Positions 10,863 to 21,124 of a stretch of DNA of 64,000 nucleotides are shown piece by piece (position 1 is the stretch's first letter; each line of letters starts with the position of its first letter). The DNA lies in contig OZ220744.1 in the NCBI GenBank assembly GCA_965116925.1, positions 928,001-992,000 of the forward strand. Direction: 5' to 3'. The notes under the pieces were generated by a model, which did not search any database, was not told the DNA's origin, and was given only the letters and a program-made list of their open reading frames with translations. The stretch comes from Candidatus Poribacteria bacterium. Lineage in GTDB: Bacteria; Poribacteria; WGA-4E; PCPOR2b. Made by a program: the position numbers and the translations under genes.

Positions 10863-10894
10863 GAGAGGTTGGTACTGCTGATATATTGGATCGT

Positions 10895-10926
10895 TAATGA
10901 ACCAATGAATAAATGAACTAATGAAC
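10895..10926 (+). repeat. Short tandem 8-bp repeat, 4 copies of NAATGAAY
   Basis: taatgaac caatgaat aaatgaac taatgaac in an intergenic gap. Confidence 0.7.
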
Positions 10927-10946
10927 AACTTAATACGAGGTGATTC

Positions 10947-12173
10947 ATGCAATTTGATCTGTTAATCAAAGGTGGTGATGTTGTAGATCCGGGTGGTGGT
11001 CACAACGGCAGGCTTGATGTCGCCGTTAAGCGCAATCGCATTGCAGCTGTTGACGCGGATATTCCGGCAGAATCTGCGGTTCAGGTTATCGATGCTAGCG
11101 GTCAATATGTGACGCCGGGGTTGGTAGATCTCCATACCCATATCTTCTACGGTATTGGCTATTACGGTGTTCATGCAGATACGGTGGCGGCACGTAGTGG
11201 TGTAACCACTTGGCTCGATGTGGGATCTTCGGGCGGGTACAACTTCCCCGGTTTCAGAGAATACATCGTCACCCCTGCTCAAGCGCGCATTTATGCGTTA
11301 ATCAATATTTCATCCATCGGCTTGACAACGCGGTCAGGGGAACTCACCAACTTGGATTACTGCGATATTGATCTCTGCTGCAAAATGATAAATCTGAACC
11401 GCGATATAGCGTTGGGCGTAAAAGCGCGTATAGATCAAGGTCAAACTGGTGGTACAGTCGTTCCACTGACATACGCACGGGAGGCAGCGGATCGCTGCGA
11501 ACTCCCACTGATGGTTCATATTGGCGGCGGACCACCGGGGATTGTTGAGGTCCTAAAGCATATGAAACCCAACGACATACTGACCCACTGCTTTACCGGC
11601 GGAGACATGCGTATCATTGATGATTCAGGCAAGCTGCGAGATGAGGCAAAACAGGCTTGGGAGAGTGGTGTCGTTATGGACATTGGTCATGGCGCGGGAT
11701 CTTTTTCCTTTGAGACCGCAGAAGCACTGATGAGTGTGGGCCATAAGCCGGATGTCATTTCGTCCGATATTCACCAAAACAGCATTGCTGGTCCTATGTT
11801 TGACATGCCAACCTGTTTGAGTAAATTTATGGCGTTGGGGATGAGTTTTGCAGAGGTTATACGGGCTTCAACCGAGAAGCCCGCCCAAGTGATGGGATTA
11901 CAGGACGAAATCGGGACGCTCAAACCGGGAGCATTGGCGGATATAGCACTCTTCCGCATTGAATCAGGTGATTTTACCTTTTATGATGTTGGGATGAACC
12001 CACGCAAGGGCGACAAATTGGTACGCAACACCTTGACCCTTGTCAATGGGCGTGAAATACCTATTGCAGCCGAGAAACCACCGGCACCGTGGTTTGAAAT
12101 GAGCGATGGCCAGCACCAACTCATCGAACGCAATCACACGCCGGAAGCATTCGACCCTAAATCAGGACAATGA
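10947..12173 (+). CDS. Amidohydrolase/deacetylase family metallohydrolase (dihydroorotase-like fold)
   Basis: PGLVDLHTH, GVKAR, MVHIG, LTHCF, DIGHGAGSFSF and ISSDIH. Confidence 0.85.
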   Translation: MQFDLLIKGGDVVDPGGGHNGRLDVAVKRNRIAAVDADIPAESAVQVIDASGQYVTPGLVDLHTHIFYGIGYYGVHADTVAARSGVTTWLDVGSSGGYNFPGFREYIVTPAQARIYALINISSIGLTTRSGELTNLDYCDIDLCCKMINLNRDIALGVKARIDQGQTGGTVVPLTYAREAADRCELPLMVHIGGGPPGIVEVLKHMKPNDILTHCFTGGDMRIIDDSGKLRDEAKQAWESGVVMDIGHGAGSFSFETAEALMSVGHKPDVISSDIHQNSIAGPMFDMPTCLSKFMALGMSFAEVIRASTEKPAQVMGLQDEIGTLKPGALADIALFRIESGDFTFYDVGMNPRKGDKLVRNTLTLVNGREIPIAAEKPPAPWFEMSDGQHQLIERNHTPEAFDPKSGQ

Positions 12174-12183
12174 GGTATTCAAT

Positions 12184-12981
12184 ATGTCACCAAATTTGTA
12201 CGGTATGAGACGGTTTGAGAGCAAAATTGCTTTGGTAACGGGTGGTGCTTCAGGTATCGGCAGAGCAACGGCGAACCGTTTGGCGGCGGAAGGTGCACAA
12301 GTCATCATTGCAGACAACAACCCGGACATGGCAAATAAGGCTGTCACGGAGATAGAAGGGGAGGGCGGTGCTGCGATTTATATGGAGGTCGATTTGGCAG
12401 ATGACACTGCCGTTGAAGCGGTCGGTCATGCCGTCGCCGAGCAATTCTCTGCGCTTCATATTCTGGTGAATAACGCTGCTATATTGAGACAGGGACGCAT
12501 TGAAGATGGGGGTTGGATACCAAATTGGGAACCGGAGACAGCGATCGGTTTGAGAGGTTGGGTGCTGATGACTCAGGTGTTATTGCCCATGCTAAAGAAG
12601 GAGGGTGCTGCTATCGTTAATCTCTCATCAGAGGGCGGTTTTCTCGGCAGACCGGGGCAGTGGGTCTATGATGCGATAAAAGCGGGCTTGGTCTCAGCCA
12701 CTAAGACGATGGCTTATGAGTTCGTCGATTATGGCATTCGCGTCAATGCCGTCGCACCGGGGTGGATCGTTACGGAGATGCACTTTGCCAAACACCCAGA
12801 CCCACAAGCGCGGAAGAAGGAACTGGAAGAAACGCCCATAACTTCCTGCATTATGAAGCGTTGTGCACAGCCAGAAGAGGTAGCTTCTGCCATTGCCTTC
12901 CTACTCAACGACGACGCCTCTTACATCACCGGCACGACCCTCCATGTTGATGGTGGACGCATGGGGATGTCTGTGGGGTAA
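12184..12981 (+). CDS. SDR-family oxidoreductase
   Basis: TGGASGIG, NNAA, YDAIK (YxxxK), IRVNAVAPG and VDGG. The start at 12184 follows GAGG. Confidence 0.9.
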   Translation: MSPNLYGMRRFESKIALVTGGASGIGRATANRLAAEGAQVIIADNNPDMANKAVTEIEGEGGAAIYMEVDLADDTAVEAVGHAVAEQFSALHILVNNAAILRQGRIEDGGWIPNWEPETAIGLRGWVLMTQVLLPMLKKEGAAIVNLSSEGGFLGRPGQWVYDAIKAGLVSATKTMAYEFVDYGIRVNAVAPGWIVTEMHFAKHPDPQARKKELEETPITSCIMKRCAQPEEVASAIAFLLNDDASYITGTTLHVDGGRMGMSVG

Positions 12982-13142
12982 CTCTTGATAGCGATGGGAT
13001 ACGACAACAGAATTGTTGCCGTATCCCGAACCTTCCCTACATCTATGTCCCATCTTTGAGATTGATCCCCACCGAGAAAGATTTCTGCGAATAGATGGGC
13101 TAGCCCTACCCTTTTCAGATCTGTTTTCCTGTTCCCTATACC

Positions 13143-14285
13143 TCAAATGCCAAGGTCTCTCAGATTATAGTCCTTCACGATATTTTCTCTTGTGGTTTCG
13201 TTCCACTGATTGTCGGCTTCCATTCCAACCATAGGTTGGTAAACGTAGCGTGGTTCATCGGGGAAACGCTGCTGACGGGCGTTGACGCCTACAGCAATCA
13301 GGCGAGACCTTTCAAAAATGCGCTCTGCGTCGTAGACTACCGTATCCTCGCCGTATGTCGTTTCAAGGTCAATAACGGACGAGTAACGGTGGAACCCGAA
13401 GTTGACTGTCACCCGCCAATCCGGCGAAGTGTTTGGGAAAGATGCGTGCAAGGCTTGACGGTTGGACATGACAACATCGCCGGGATTGCATACCATCGGC
13501 ACTGCTCCGGGCAGACGGTCAGAACCGTTGTTATCCTCGATCATCTTTTTGATGTCTAGTTTGCCCTGCTTGTGTGATCCGGGCAACACCCAGACCCCGT
13601 TGGCTGCCGTGCTACCATATAGCTGCGCCATGAAATTGAACCCGTGGGTGCCTTGATCCCAATCCGGTTTATCCCACTGTTTGGTTCCGTCCTGATGCCA
13701 TGCGACAGATGCGCCCAACCCCGGCGGCTTCACAATTACGGATTCCGTGAAGGGGGTGAAATCTGGACCGTTAATATGTTCTGCAACAGACAGCAGCTGT
13801 GGGTGACCATAGAGTCTTAGGAAAGAGTCCATCAGTTGAAGCGGGCTTGAGATAGACGTAATCACAAAGTCCGGGGCATCTTCCGGTGGAGTGGGTTCGT
13901 TCATTTTGGCTGGATGACGACCATTGTTTCTCGATGTTCCACCCACGGGATCGCTCAACGGCTTTGCAAAATTGAAGCTGGATCTCGTAAACTCGGATCC
14001 AATCGCAGGCCTCCCCTCTGAATCAACCTCTGCGTCCTTCGTATGTGGTGCGCGGTCAAGCACGGTCTCAAAATCCTTCTGTAGGTCTTTGAGTTCTTCT
14101 GCGCTTAATGCCCCTTCAAACACATAGAACCCACAACGCCAGTAGGCATCTGCGATGTCCTTGTGCAGCGTACCGTCGGCGTTAAATCGGAGTGGTCCCC
14201 GATTACCAATTTCATAAGCCTTCCGTTCACCCTCTTTAACGTAAGCGTCCATTGTCATTGTATCTTCTGTCTTATTTGTGCTCAT
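13143..14285 (-). CDS. PhyH-family dioxygenase
   Basis: WHQDG, VLPGSH, PGDV and LHAS motifs. RBS GGAGGAG. Confidence 0.85.
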   Translation of the reverse strand: MSTNKTEDTMTMDAYVKEGERKAYEIGNRGPLRFNADGTLHKDIADAYWRCGFYVFEGALSAEELKDLQKDFETVLDRAPHTKDAEVDSEGRPAIGSEFTRSSFNFAKPLSDPVGGTSRNNGRHPAKMNEPTPPEDAPDFVITSISSPLQLMDSFLRLYGHPQLLSVAEHINGPDFTPFTESVIVKPPGLGASVAWHQDGTKQWDKPDWDQGTHGFNFMAQLYGSTAANGVWVLPGSHKQGKLDIKKMIEDNNGSDRLPGAVPMVCNPGDVVMSNRQALHASFPNTSPDWRVTVNFGFHRYSSVIDLETTYGEDTVVYDAERIFERSRLIAVGVNARQQRFPDEPRYVYQPMVGMEADNQWNETTRENIVKDYNLRDLGI

Positions 14286-14755
14286 CTAACTATCTCCTCC
14301 CTCATTTCCATTTCCTGTTTCGTTTGCGAAAATCAAAAGAAGTTTCGGCTTGAAGCGTTTGGCAACAACACGGTGAATCAATTAAAATGATTATATAACG
14401 CTCTCCTGTTTAGATCAAGCGGAAAAATATTCAATCGGTCGCTTACACCGGTGTGGCCGTTCAAGGGAGGCTGACGGATATGTGTAGCAAAATTGTAAAT
14501 ATCCTGAGATGCCATTGTTAAAACAGAAACGAAGTTTTTGGTCTTGACGTTGTATGAATTCACCCTGACCAATTTGTCACATTATAATCGTGTGATGTTA
14601 CGAAAGTTCCACAGAACTTTGACAAAATCGGAAAAAAGAAATGTGATGAATTTGCGATAACTTTTCGATATAGGTGTAACATCCTTGACGTATAATTTCC
14701 AACGTCGTTGAGGCATATAGAAAGAGAGATTAAACAATTGACTGAGCCCAATCAC

Positions 14756-15784
14756 ATGCCGGAACAGAAACATTCTAGAATGTCTCTCCTAAACCTCGAC
14801 AAGATTGTCAAACCTCTGCTTATTGTCGTCATCGTTGGCGTCGTCGGTAATCTGGCTTTCTGTCTCTGGACAACGGACCGTCAGAAACTCGCCGAACTCC
14901 TCCGTTTCGATGGACGTTATCTTTTTTTCGCGATGCTGTTAACGCTGGTTCCTTTGTTGGGCCATACCGTTCGCACCATCATGTGGACGCGATTCGTCGG
15001 ATACCGCATCGGTTTAGCCAAACTCTTTAGAATCGTTCTCGCCAACGAGTTGGCAGCATCTATCACGCCGACAGCCGTTGGCGGTGGGCCCTTGAAGCTT
15101 GCCATGCTTGTTCAAGCCGGTCTGAGGACCGGTGCAGCAGCATGTGTAACGACGTTACCAACGCTTGAAGATCTCCTCTTTTTTATTGTGGCGGTGCCAA
15201 TTGCGATGACAGTTTCATCGTCGTGGCATCACCCAGTATTCAATCTGATTGCAGAGGGAATTGATCTACATTGGGTGTTGCCTTGCCTAATTGTTGGTTT
15301 GATTGGGGGCGGCGGGTTGGCACTGCTTTGCCGAAAATTAGGATTCAGAATTCGGAGGTGGAAGGGACTTCAAGAGCAATTGAAGGCAGCGGGGGTAGAT
15401 TTTTTCAATGTCTGTCGAACGATTGGAGGGACGGGTAAATCTCGCCTCTTATTAAGCGTTATCATTGCGGGGATACAATGGACATGCCGGAACGCTGTCG
15501 CTGCGATGCTTGTGGCGAGCTTAGGGGTAGAAGTTGAATTCATCCAGTTTCTGGTGCTACAGTGGCTCATTTTTATCCTTACGCTATTCATACCGACCCC
15601 CGGCGCTACGGGCGGAAGTGAAGCACTGTTCTATCTGATTTTCAAACCCTTACTACCGAATGAAATTCTCGCCGTTACCGTGGGCGGATGGCGGTTCTTG
15701 ACGTTCTACTGGGTTATGATTATTTATGCGATCTTGCTTTACATCTTGCTGAATTTTAGGACATCTAAAACTGAACCAATCTGA
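14756..15784 (+). CDS. Lysylphosphatidylglycerol synthase TM-domain / UPF0104 flippase-like membrane protein (start uncertain)
   Basis: Multiple TM segments with ITPTAVGG, PTPGATGGSE and WRFLTFY motifs. Confidence 0.8.
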   Translation: MPEQKHSRMSLLNLDKIVKPLLIVVIVGVVGNLAFCLWTTDRQKLAELLRFDGRYLFFAMLLTLVPLLGHTVRTIMWTRFVGYRIGLAKLFRIVLANELAASITPTAVGGGPLKLAMLVQAGLRTGAAACVTTLPTLEDLLFFIVAVPIAMTVSSSWHHPVFNLIAEGIDLHWVLPCLIVGLIGGGGLALLCRKLGFRIRRWKGLQEQLKAAGVDFFNVCRTIGGTGKSRLLLSVIIAGIQWTCRNAVAAMLVASLGVEVEFIQFLVLQWLIFILTLFIPTPGATGGSEALFYLIFKPLLPNEILAVTVGGWRFLTFYWVMIIYAILLYILLNFRTSKTEPI

Positions 15785-15813
15785 GTATGGTACGCTGATT
15801 GGTTCTGATTTCC

Positions 15814-15837
15814 GTAGGTCGAGATTCATATCTTGAC
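15814..15837 (+). repeat. GTAG-REP-like hairpin, family c
   Basis: gtaggtcgagattcatatcttgac between convergent genes. Second copy at 40478-40501. Confidence 0.7.
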
Positions 15838-15856
15838 ACCTCAATACGGTTCAAAC

Positions 15857-16303
15857 TTATTGGGATTCCATATGTAGGGCTTTGTCAAGTGCTTCTGCTA
15901 AATTATCGGGATCATCTGTTCCTATTCGATAGCACTTTCCATTTTTCATCTGGAGCTCAATGGCTAAGAAACCGGAAACATTGAAAAGCCAGCCCCGAGG
16001 CGTGAATCTTATCCCCCAGCCGTAGTACCAAGGGTTCCTGACCACACGAAATGTCTCAATCTCTTTTAACGGAAAAGCCTTGCGGATGATTCTCAATCCA
16101 AATTGAATCTTAATCACTTGGTCATTGATTGCTACTGTTAAACGAGAAAATACCCCAAGGACGGTTAGGACAATGATCAGACCGATTAAGGTTAGCGGGT
16201 GAAAATTTGTCATGATATTGAAATAACCTAAAAACAATACCGCTATACTATATACGGTGACCAAGAAATAACCAATCTGCGTATGTTTATAACGTGTCGT
16301 CAT
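15857..16303 (-). CDS. Small membrane protein with two TM helices and a bacterial PH-like C-terminus
   Basis: Two hydrophobic helices then YGWGIR...FNVSG...IGTDDP. RBS AGGAGG. Confidence 0.7.
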   Translation of the reverse strand: MTTRYKHTQIGYFLVTVYSIAVLFLGYFNIMTNFHPLTLIGLIIVLTVLGVFSRLTVAINDQVIKIQFGLRIIRKAFPLKEIETFRVVRNPWYYGWGIRFTPRGWLFNVSGFLAIELQMKNGKCYRIGTDDPDNLAEALDKALHMESQ

Positions 16304-16391
16304 TCCTTATTCTACCTCCTCGTTAGGACTACTGCATAAGTCCTCTCCACCGTTTAGAAAAGCGCTGCCCCCGCCCAAAAATTCTCTCCGA

Positions 16392-17420
16392 TTATCGCCA
16401 ATGGAGATCGAAATAATCGTAACTGGTTGAGGTAATCTGCTGCATCTTGCCCGTTTCAACGTCTAATATGAAAATTTCACTGGTTCGGCGTCCACTGGTA
16501 TCGCTTCCGATGAATGCAACCTGATTCCCGTTTGGGCTCCACGTCGCATCCCGTCCTTTGTAAAAGCTTAAATTCAGATAGTCCTTGAACCGTCCTTTCT
16601 CTACAGTGGCAATGCAAATCTCGCCCGATGTATAAAATAGGATCTGCTCGCCATCCGGGGACCACTCCTCTATCCTTTGGCACGGGGGCTCGTCTTTTTG
16701 GGGAAACCATGAGCCGGTCATACCGACAACATCGGGTTCTGCTAGCGCGAGGAACCCATCCGTCCTGAACGCGATCCATCTGCGATCTGGCGACCACCTG
16801 GGCCATCTGATTCCTTCCGGCAATGCTTCAATCAGTTTGTTTTTCGGTTCTTTGACCTTTTCGCCTTTTGCATCCCAGTGAAGCCATCCCTCCGCCCACC
16901 GACGGGTTCTCCACCGTTTTGTTGATTCGCCATCAATCGTTACGTCCCAGTTTTCGAGCCGGTCCTTTGCACGGTCAATCTCAACCACAACGAGAATTGC
17001 GTGACTTAGCGGAGACCACCAGAAGTCATGAATGCGATGTTGTCTCTTGATGAGCCTCTCGTTCTCCGTGCCATCTCCCCGCATCACATAAAGCGATTCT
17101 GCTCCATCAACCCCGGATATGTAAGCGATGTGCTCCCTATTCGGTGACCATCGGGGTTTGCGAGAAAGCCCGTCATCCGTGAGTTGGCGGAAATCTGTTC
17201 CGTTCGGATTCATTGTGCAGACATTATACTGATAGAACTCCCACCATTTAGTTGTTCCCCGCCCTTTTTCCAACGTTCTGGTTGCTGCCCGGAAACCGTC
17301 CCGATTTTCCAACGGTTTACGGATGGCAAAGACCAATTTTCCCGTTTCCTCCTGTTCTGACACAGCACTGCTTGTCATAATAAGCAGTATGAACACACCA
17401 ATTACACATTTTACACGCAT
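16392..17420 (-). CDS. Secreted TolB-like / PD40 beta-propeller protein
   Basis: Signal peptide and repeated WSPN/WSPD motifs. Confidence 0.75.
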   Translation of the reverse strand: MRVKCVIGVFILLIMTSSAVSEQEETGKLVFAIRKPLENRDGFRAATRTLEKGRGTTKWWEFYQYNVCTMNPNGTDFRQLTDDGLSRKPRWSPNREHIAYISGVDGAESLYVMRGDGTENERLIKRQHRIHDFWWSPLSHAILVVVEIDRAKDRLENWDVTIDGESTKRWRTRRWAEGWLHWDAKGEKVKEPKNKLIEALPEGIRWPRWSPDRRWIAFRTDGFLALAEPDVVGMTGSWFPQKDEPPCQRIEEWSPDGEQILFYTSGEICIATVEKGRFKDYLNLSFYKGRDATWSPNGNQVAFIGSDTSGRRTSEIFILDVETGKMQQITSTSYDYFDLHWR

Positions 17421-18054
17421 GTGATAACCTTTCTGGGAATTACACTTCATCTGTGTCCGGATAATCCATCGTTGTTTTCAACCGGCGTTCTAATAGAGAA
17501 GAAATTTACACTATTAGACGCAGAGGAGTAGGCGAGGTCTAGAGGTTATTTCAAGCCGTGCTTCTACTTTTGTTGGATTGCAGTTGAAACCGGAGGGACG
17601 ATATTATCGTTATTGATCTACGGACAACCTTTGTATCCCTTTTAGGTTGGAGCAACTGTAAAAAATAAGACAGAATGTGAGATAATAATGAATTTATTTC
17701 CTTTTATTCCCTTTTTCGTTGGGACAATTGTTGAAACTTCCCGATTCATATTGCGTATGGTGCAAGCTATCCGTATTTCAGATCTCTTTTCGTCAGGTGA
17801 ATCGTTAAGACCTGTCGAGTTGTTGCGGAAAATCATAGACGCGTTGATTTTTTAATTCCTCTTTCCATCAAGACAACAGTTGAAGCTCTTCCCACCTTCC
17901 CTATTGCCTTCTGCACTTACAAGCCCTCTCTTCATCGTGCTGATGGTTGGAATCAACCGAGATTGAAGGATTTTCAGAATTGTTAAGTTCTTTTTCTGTT
18001 GAATCCGATGCCATTCAGCTAGTTCCTTTGAGCACAGCAAGGTGCCTTTTATCC

Positions 18055-18306
18055 TTAACTCTGTGTTTTGATTGTCCAACCTGTGAAAGCTTTGTTGACA
18101 AATTTTGACAAAGCGTTGAGCTGCGCTCGTCTGGAACTTGCTTTCACTTCTGCTGGTCCCTCCATAAGGTATGTGTCACGCTTTCGGCGGCATAGGTCCG
18201 TGTGCCCTGAAACCTCGATTTCATCTGCTATTTCCGCTAAAGGGGTTGCTGGGGACTTCTTGCTCGCTATATCTGAATTGACCACTTCCTGTTTTCGTTT
18301 AGACAT
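18055..18306 (-). CDS. Hypothetical small protein (orphan-looking)
   Basis: 83-aa ORF with a strong AAGGAG RBS and no recognisable motif. Confidence 0.35.
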   Translation of the reverse strand: MSKRKQEVVNSDIASKKSPATPLAEIADEIEVSGHTDLCRRKRDTYLMEGPAEVKASSRRAQLNALSKFVNKAFTGWTIKTQS

Positions 18307-18573
18307 TTATACTTCTCCTTTACAATTCTCAACTTTTTTTGACAGGTTTCGTTTTAGTTGATTGATAAGTTTGTTGTTGATCGTCCTATCTTCAGTCTGT
18401 AAAGTTGCAAGAAACTTGCCAATTCTGAGCGTTTTTCAATCTTTTTATCTGTGCAGCGAACAAAATTGATATGCTTCTGTAATTTTCTATAGCGAATTGT
18501 TTGGTAGTTTCTAATTTGCATCTGTCATAACAGATAGGCGGCGAGCTGTTCGTCCCTTTATCCTGCATTCCTG

Positions 18574-18602
18574 TTGACATTTGTTTTTATATGATGTATC
18601 TT
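18574..18602 (+). promoter_or_regulatory. Sigma-70-type promoter
   Basis: TTGACA-17 bp-TATCTT upstream of the VOC gene. Confidence 0.5.
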
Positions 18603-18726
18603 AACGTTAATTCAGCGTTTTGTGTTGAGTGTTGAGAGGAGGTCTTTTGCATTTTTTTACTTTCTGTCTCATTATTCTTACATCGGACCGAAGTTATTCA
18701 TTTTGCAATGAAAGGAGACTCTTCAA

Positions 18727-19125
18727 ATGTCCACAACCCCGGCACCGGGAACAGGTGCTAAAGTGGAGTGTATCATACCTATTCTAAACGTTAAGAACCT
18801 CGCTGCGAGCATGGACTATTATGTGAACGTACTCGGATTCAGAAAAGAATGGGACTGGGGGGATCCGCCGGATGTTGGAAGTGTAGCGCGCGATGGTTAC
18901 TCCATCATGCTAGTTGAGGATGAACAAGGACACCCCGGCACATGGCTCTGGATGGGCGTTGAGGAGGCAGATTCGTATTATGAGGAATACAAGGCGAGTC
19001 GTGCGAAGATTCGAGAGCACCCAATAAACTATCCTTGGGCATATGAATTCAGGGTGGAAGATCTGGATGGTCATGTTATACGGATTGGATCAGGCCCCAA
19101 AGAGGATGGATCTCACAACCACTGA
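18727..19125 (+). CDS. VOC / glyoxalase-bleomycin resistance family protein
   Basis: PILNVKNLAASMDYYVNVLGF and PWAYEFRVEDLDGHVIRIG. Confidence 0.85.
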   Translation: MSTTPAPGTGAKVECIIPILNVKNLAASMDYYVNVLGFRKEWDWGDPPDVGSVARDGYSIMLVEDEQGHPGTWLWMGVEEADSYYEEYKASRAKIREHPINYPWAYEFRVEDLDGHVIRIGSGPKEDGSHNH

Positions 19126-19177
19126 AACCGATGGGAGGTTACAATTCCTTTCACTCATATAAGGAAGGAGGGTTTTC

Positions 19178-20557
19178 ATGAATACTGACAATAAGGCAAT
19201 CCGTAAGTTCCGAACCAAAGTGGCAGTGCTCCTGATCCTCAAAAAGACACTCGCTGTTGCAACTGTTTGGGGGCTGGTTTGGGGGACAGTTGTTATTGTA
19301 CTCCGTGCAGCAATTGGAATGCCTCGCTTACCTCTATTCGCCGGTGGTATTGCTCTGATACTCGCCATCGGCTGTGCAGTGGTGTTGGCATTGCGTCAAA
19401 TTCCGACGCGAACTGCCCTCCGAGCGAGTCTTGACAAACACAGTGGTGCCGGTGGGTTGATGATGGCAGCGGAAGCTGTAGAACTAGGCAGCTGGCGCAA
19501 GCAGATGCCATTGATTCGACCGCCCCGTTTGCGCTGGCGCGGCAGTGCCTATTGGGCCCGGTTTGTAGGTGCCGTACTGTTCGTGTGTATCAGTCTCTTG
19601 ATACCGCAACGTTTTGTGGAGATCTCTAAGGCACAACCCCTTGATATTCGTGAAGAGGTAAAACAGTTGGCGGACGGAATCGATGTCCTCAAGGAGGAGG
19701 AGATTATCGAGTTCGCCGAAGCGGAGACGCTCGAAGAGAAACTGAATCAACTCCAAGCGGAGGCTTCGGGTGAAGATCCGGTCAAGACGTGGGAATCACT
19801 CGACCATCTGACAGATACTCTTGCCCAAGAGTCAGCAAACACCGCACAAGAAGCCCTAAGCAAAACAGAACGCCTAACCGAAGCGGAAACCCTGTCCGAA
19901 GGGTTGATAAACGAGGGATCGGAGATGGGTGCTGGGCTTTTAGCGGAATCAATGGCGGCGTTATCTGGATTGGTTCAAGAAGCAGCGCAAGAGAATGCGT
20001 TGCTCGCAGCGCAGCTTCCCGATCTAAAGGGCGATGGGAACTCACTCACGCTTGAACAACTCAAAGAAATTTCTGCTGCGTTGCGCTTGACCAAAAGCGA
20101 CATCTACGAACAGTTAGTGAAACTGCATGAGGTCAATCTGATTGATTTGGAAACGCTCAAAGCATGCGAGCAACTTGGGCAGTATAATAGTGATGGCCTT
20201 GCTGCATTTCTCGCCGAGAATGCAGAGAACATGTCGGTAGCCCAGGGTATCGGTGGCTGGTGCCGAAGTGGAAACATTGGTCGGGGTCGTGGCGATGCAC
20301 CCATGACTTGGAGCGATGGCACCACGAAGGAGGGCGCGAAGTTCAAAGCGGAAGCCCTTCCGTTATCAGACATCGCCTCCCTTGAGGACAGTGAACTGGT
20401 CGGACTTAGCATCGCAGCACCATCGGTCGAGACATCGAGTCCTCCACCGAAATTGGGTGGGCTCAGGGGTGCAACAGCTGGCGGCGGTTCGTCGTTTAAC
20501 CAAACCGTTCTACCGCGTCATAAAGGGGCAGTTAAACGCTATTTTGAAAGGCCTTGA
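19178..20557 (+). CDS. Membrane-anchored coiled-coil protein associated with the MoxR/vWA cluster
   Basis: Three N-terminal TM segments, a long helical Glu/Leu-rich region, GRGRG, and C-terminal VLPRHKGAVKRYF. Confidence 0.7.
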   Translation: MNTDNKAIRKFRTKVAVLLILKKTLAVATVWGLVWGTVVIVLRAAIGMPRLPLFAGGIALILAIGCAVVLALRQIPTRTALRASLDKHSGAGGLMMAAEAVELGSWRKQMPLIRPPRLRWRGSAYWARFVGAVLFVCISLLIPQRFVEISKAQPLDIREEVKQLADGIDVLKEEEIIEFAEAETLEEKLNQLQAEASGEDPVKTWESLDHLTDTLAQESANTAQEALSKTERLTEAETLSEGLINEGSEMGAGLLAESMAALSGLVQEAAQENALLAAQLPDLKGDGNSLTLEQLKEISAALRLTKSDIYEQLVKLHEVNLIDLETLKACEQLGQYNSDGLAAFLAENAENMSVAQGIGGWCRSGNIGRGRGDAPMTWSDGTTKEGAKFKAEALPLSDIASLEDSELVGLSIAAPSVETSSPPPKLGGLRGATAGGGSSFNQTVLPRHKGAVKRYFERP

Positions 20558-20608
20558 CACATGTTGTAAAGCAGATTTTCGTCCGAATCAATCCTTGAAC
20601 GAAAAATT

Positions 20609-20828
20609 ATGAAAAAAAACTCAATTCGCGCTTTGCATCGAAAACAGTGATTGCGAGGACCTTGAAAAACGAAAACTCTACCAAATCCTGCCTGATGAAA
20701 CAGCAGCTCAAGAAGGCTATATGAGAGTCATAGATGAATCTGGGGAGGATTACTTGTATCCCCAATCCCATTTCATTCTAGTTGAACTACCTCGTCGAGC
20801 AGAAGAAGTACTGACAGCAGCAAATTAA
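20609..20828 (+). pseudogene. Small hypothetical protein, frameshifted in an A8 run just after the ATG
   Basis: Removing one A gives MKKTQFALCIENSDCEDLEKRKLYQILPDETAAQEGYMRVIDESGEDYLYPQSHFILVELPRRAEEVLTAAN*. As written, the ATG frame stops after 13 codons. Not in the ORF track. Confidence 0.7.
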
Positions 20829-20890
20829 ATTTGGATAGACGAAAAACCGAATTTTTGCAAAAACTCGATTCCTCTATATCGCTGCATTAC

Positions 20891-21110
20891 TATAGTAAAT
20901 TCAAAAAATAAAGAAACACTTGCGCCCCCCGGTAGGTGCGGTTTCATGAGATTTAAGTACTTAAATCGGTAATCCCTATTTTCCTCGAAACACACGGTAG
21001 GCGCGGTTTTCAACCGCGCCGGCGTCGCTAGCAAATTACCGAACTGTTTTTTTAATTTTCATGTAACCGCACCGGCTTGGCGTGTCCCATTAATTCTAAA
21101 ATCTACTATA
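20891..21110 (+). mobile_element. MITE family B, copy 1 (TATAGT...ACTATA), with family A nested at 20946-21062
   Basis: Arms tatagtaaattcaaaaaataaagaaacacttgcgccccccggtaggtgcggtt and aaccgcaccggcttggcgtgtcccattaattctaaaatctactata recur at 21125-21375 and, inverted, at 50744-50963. Confidence 0.85.
20946..21062. mobile_element. MITE family A, copy 2 (117 bp)
   Basis: Same TIRs and cargo as 1987-2113, located in the centre of the ggtgcggtt/aaccgcacc hairpin. Confidence 0.85.
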
Positions 21111-21124
21111 ATTTATGCCACATC

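Noticed and set aside
14400..14700. CRP/FNR-like sites (TGTGA motifs) in the divergent promoter region
   Set aside because: The half-sites lack a properly spaced TCACA partner, so the evidence is too weak to call.
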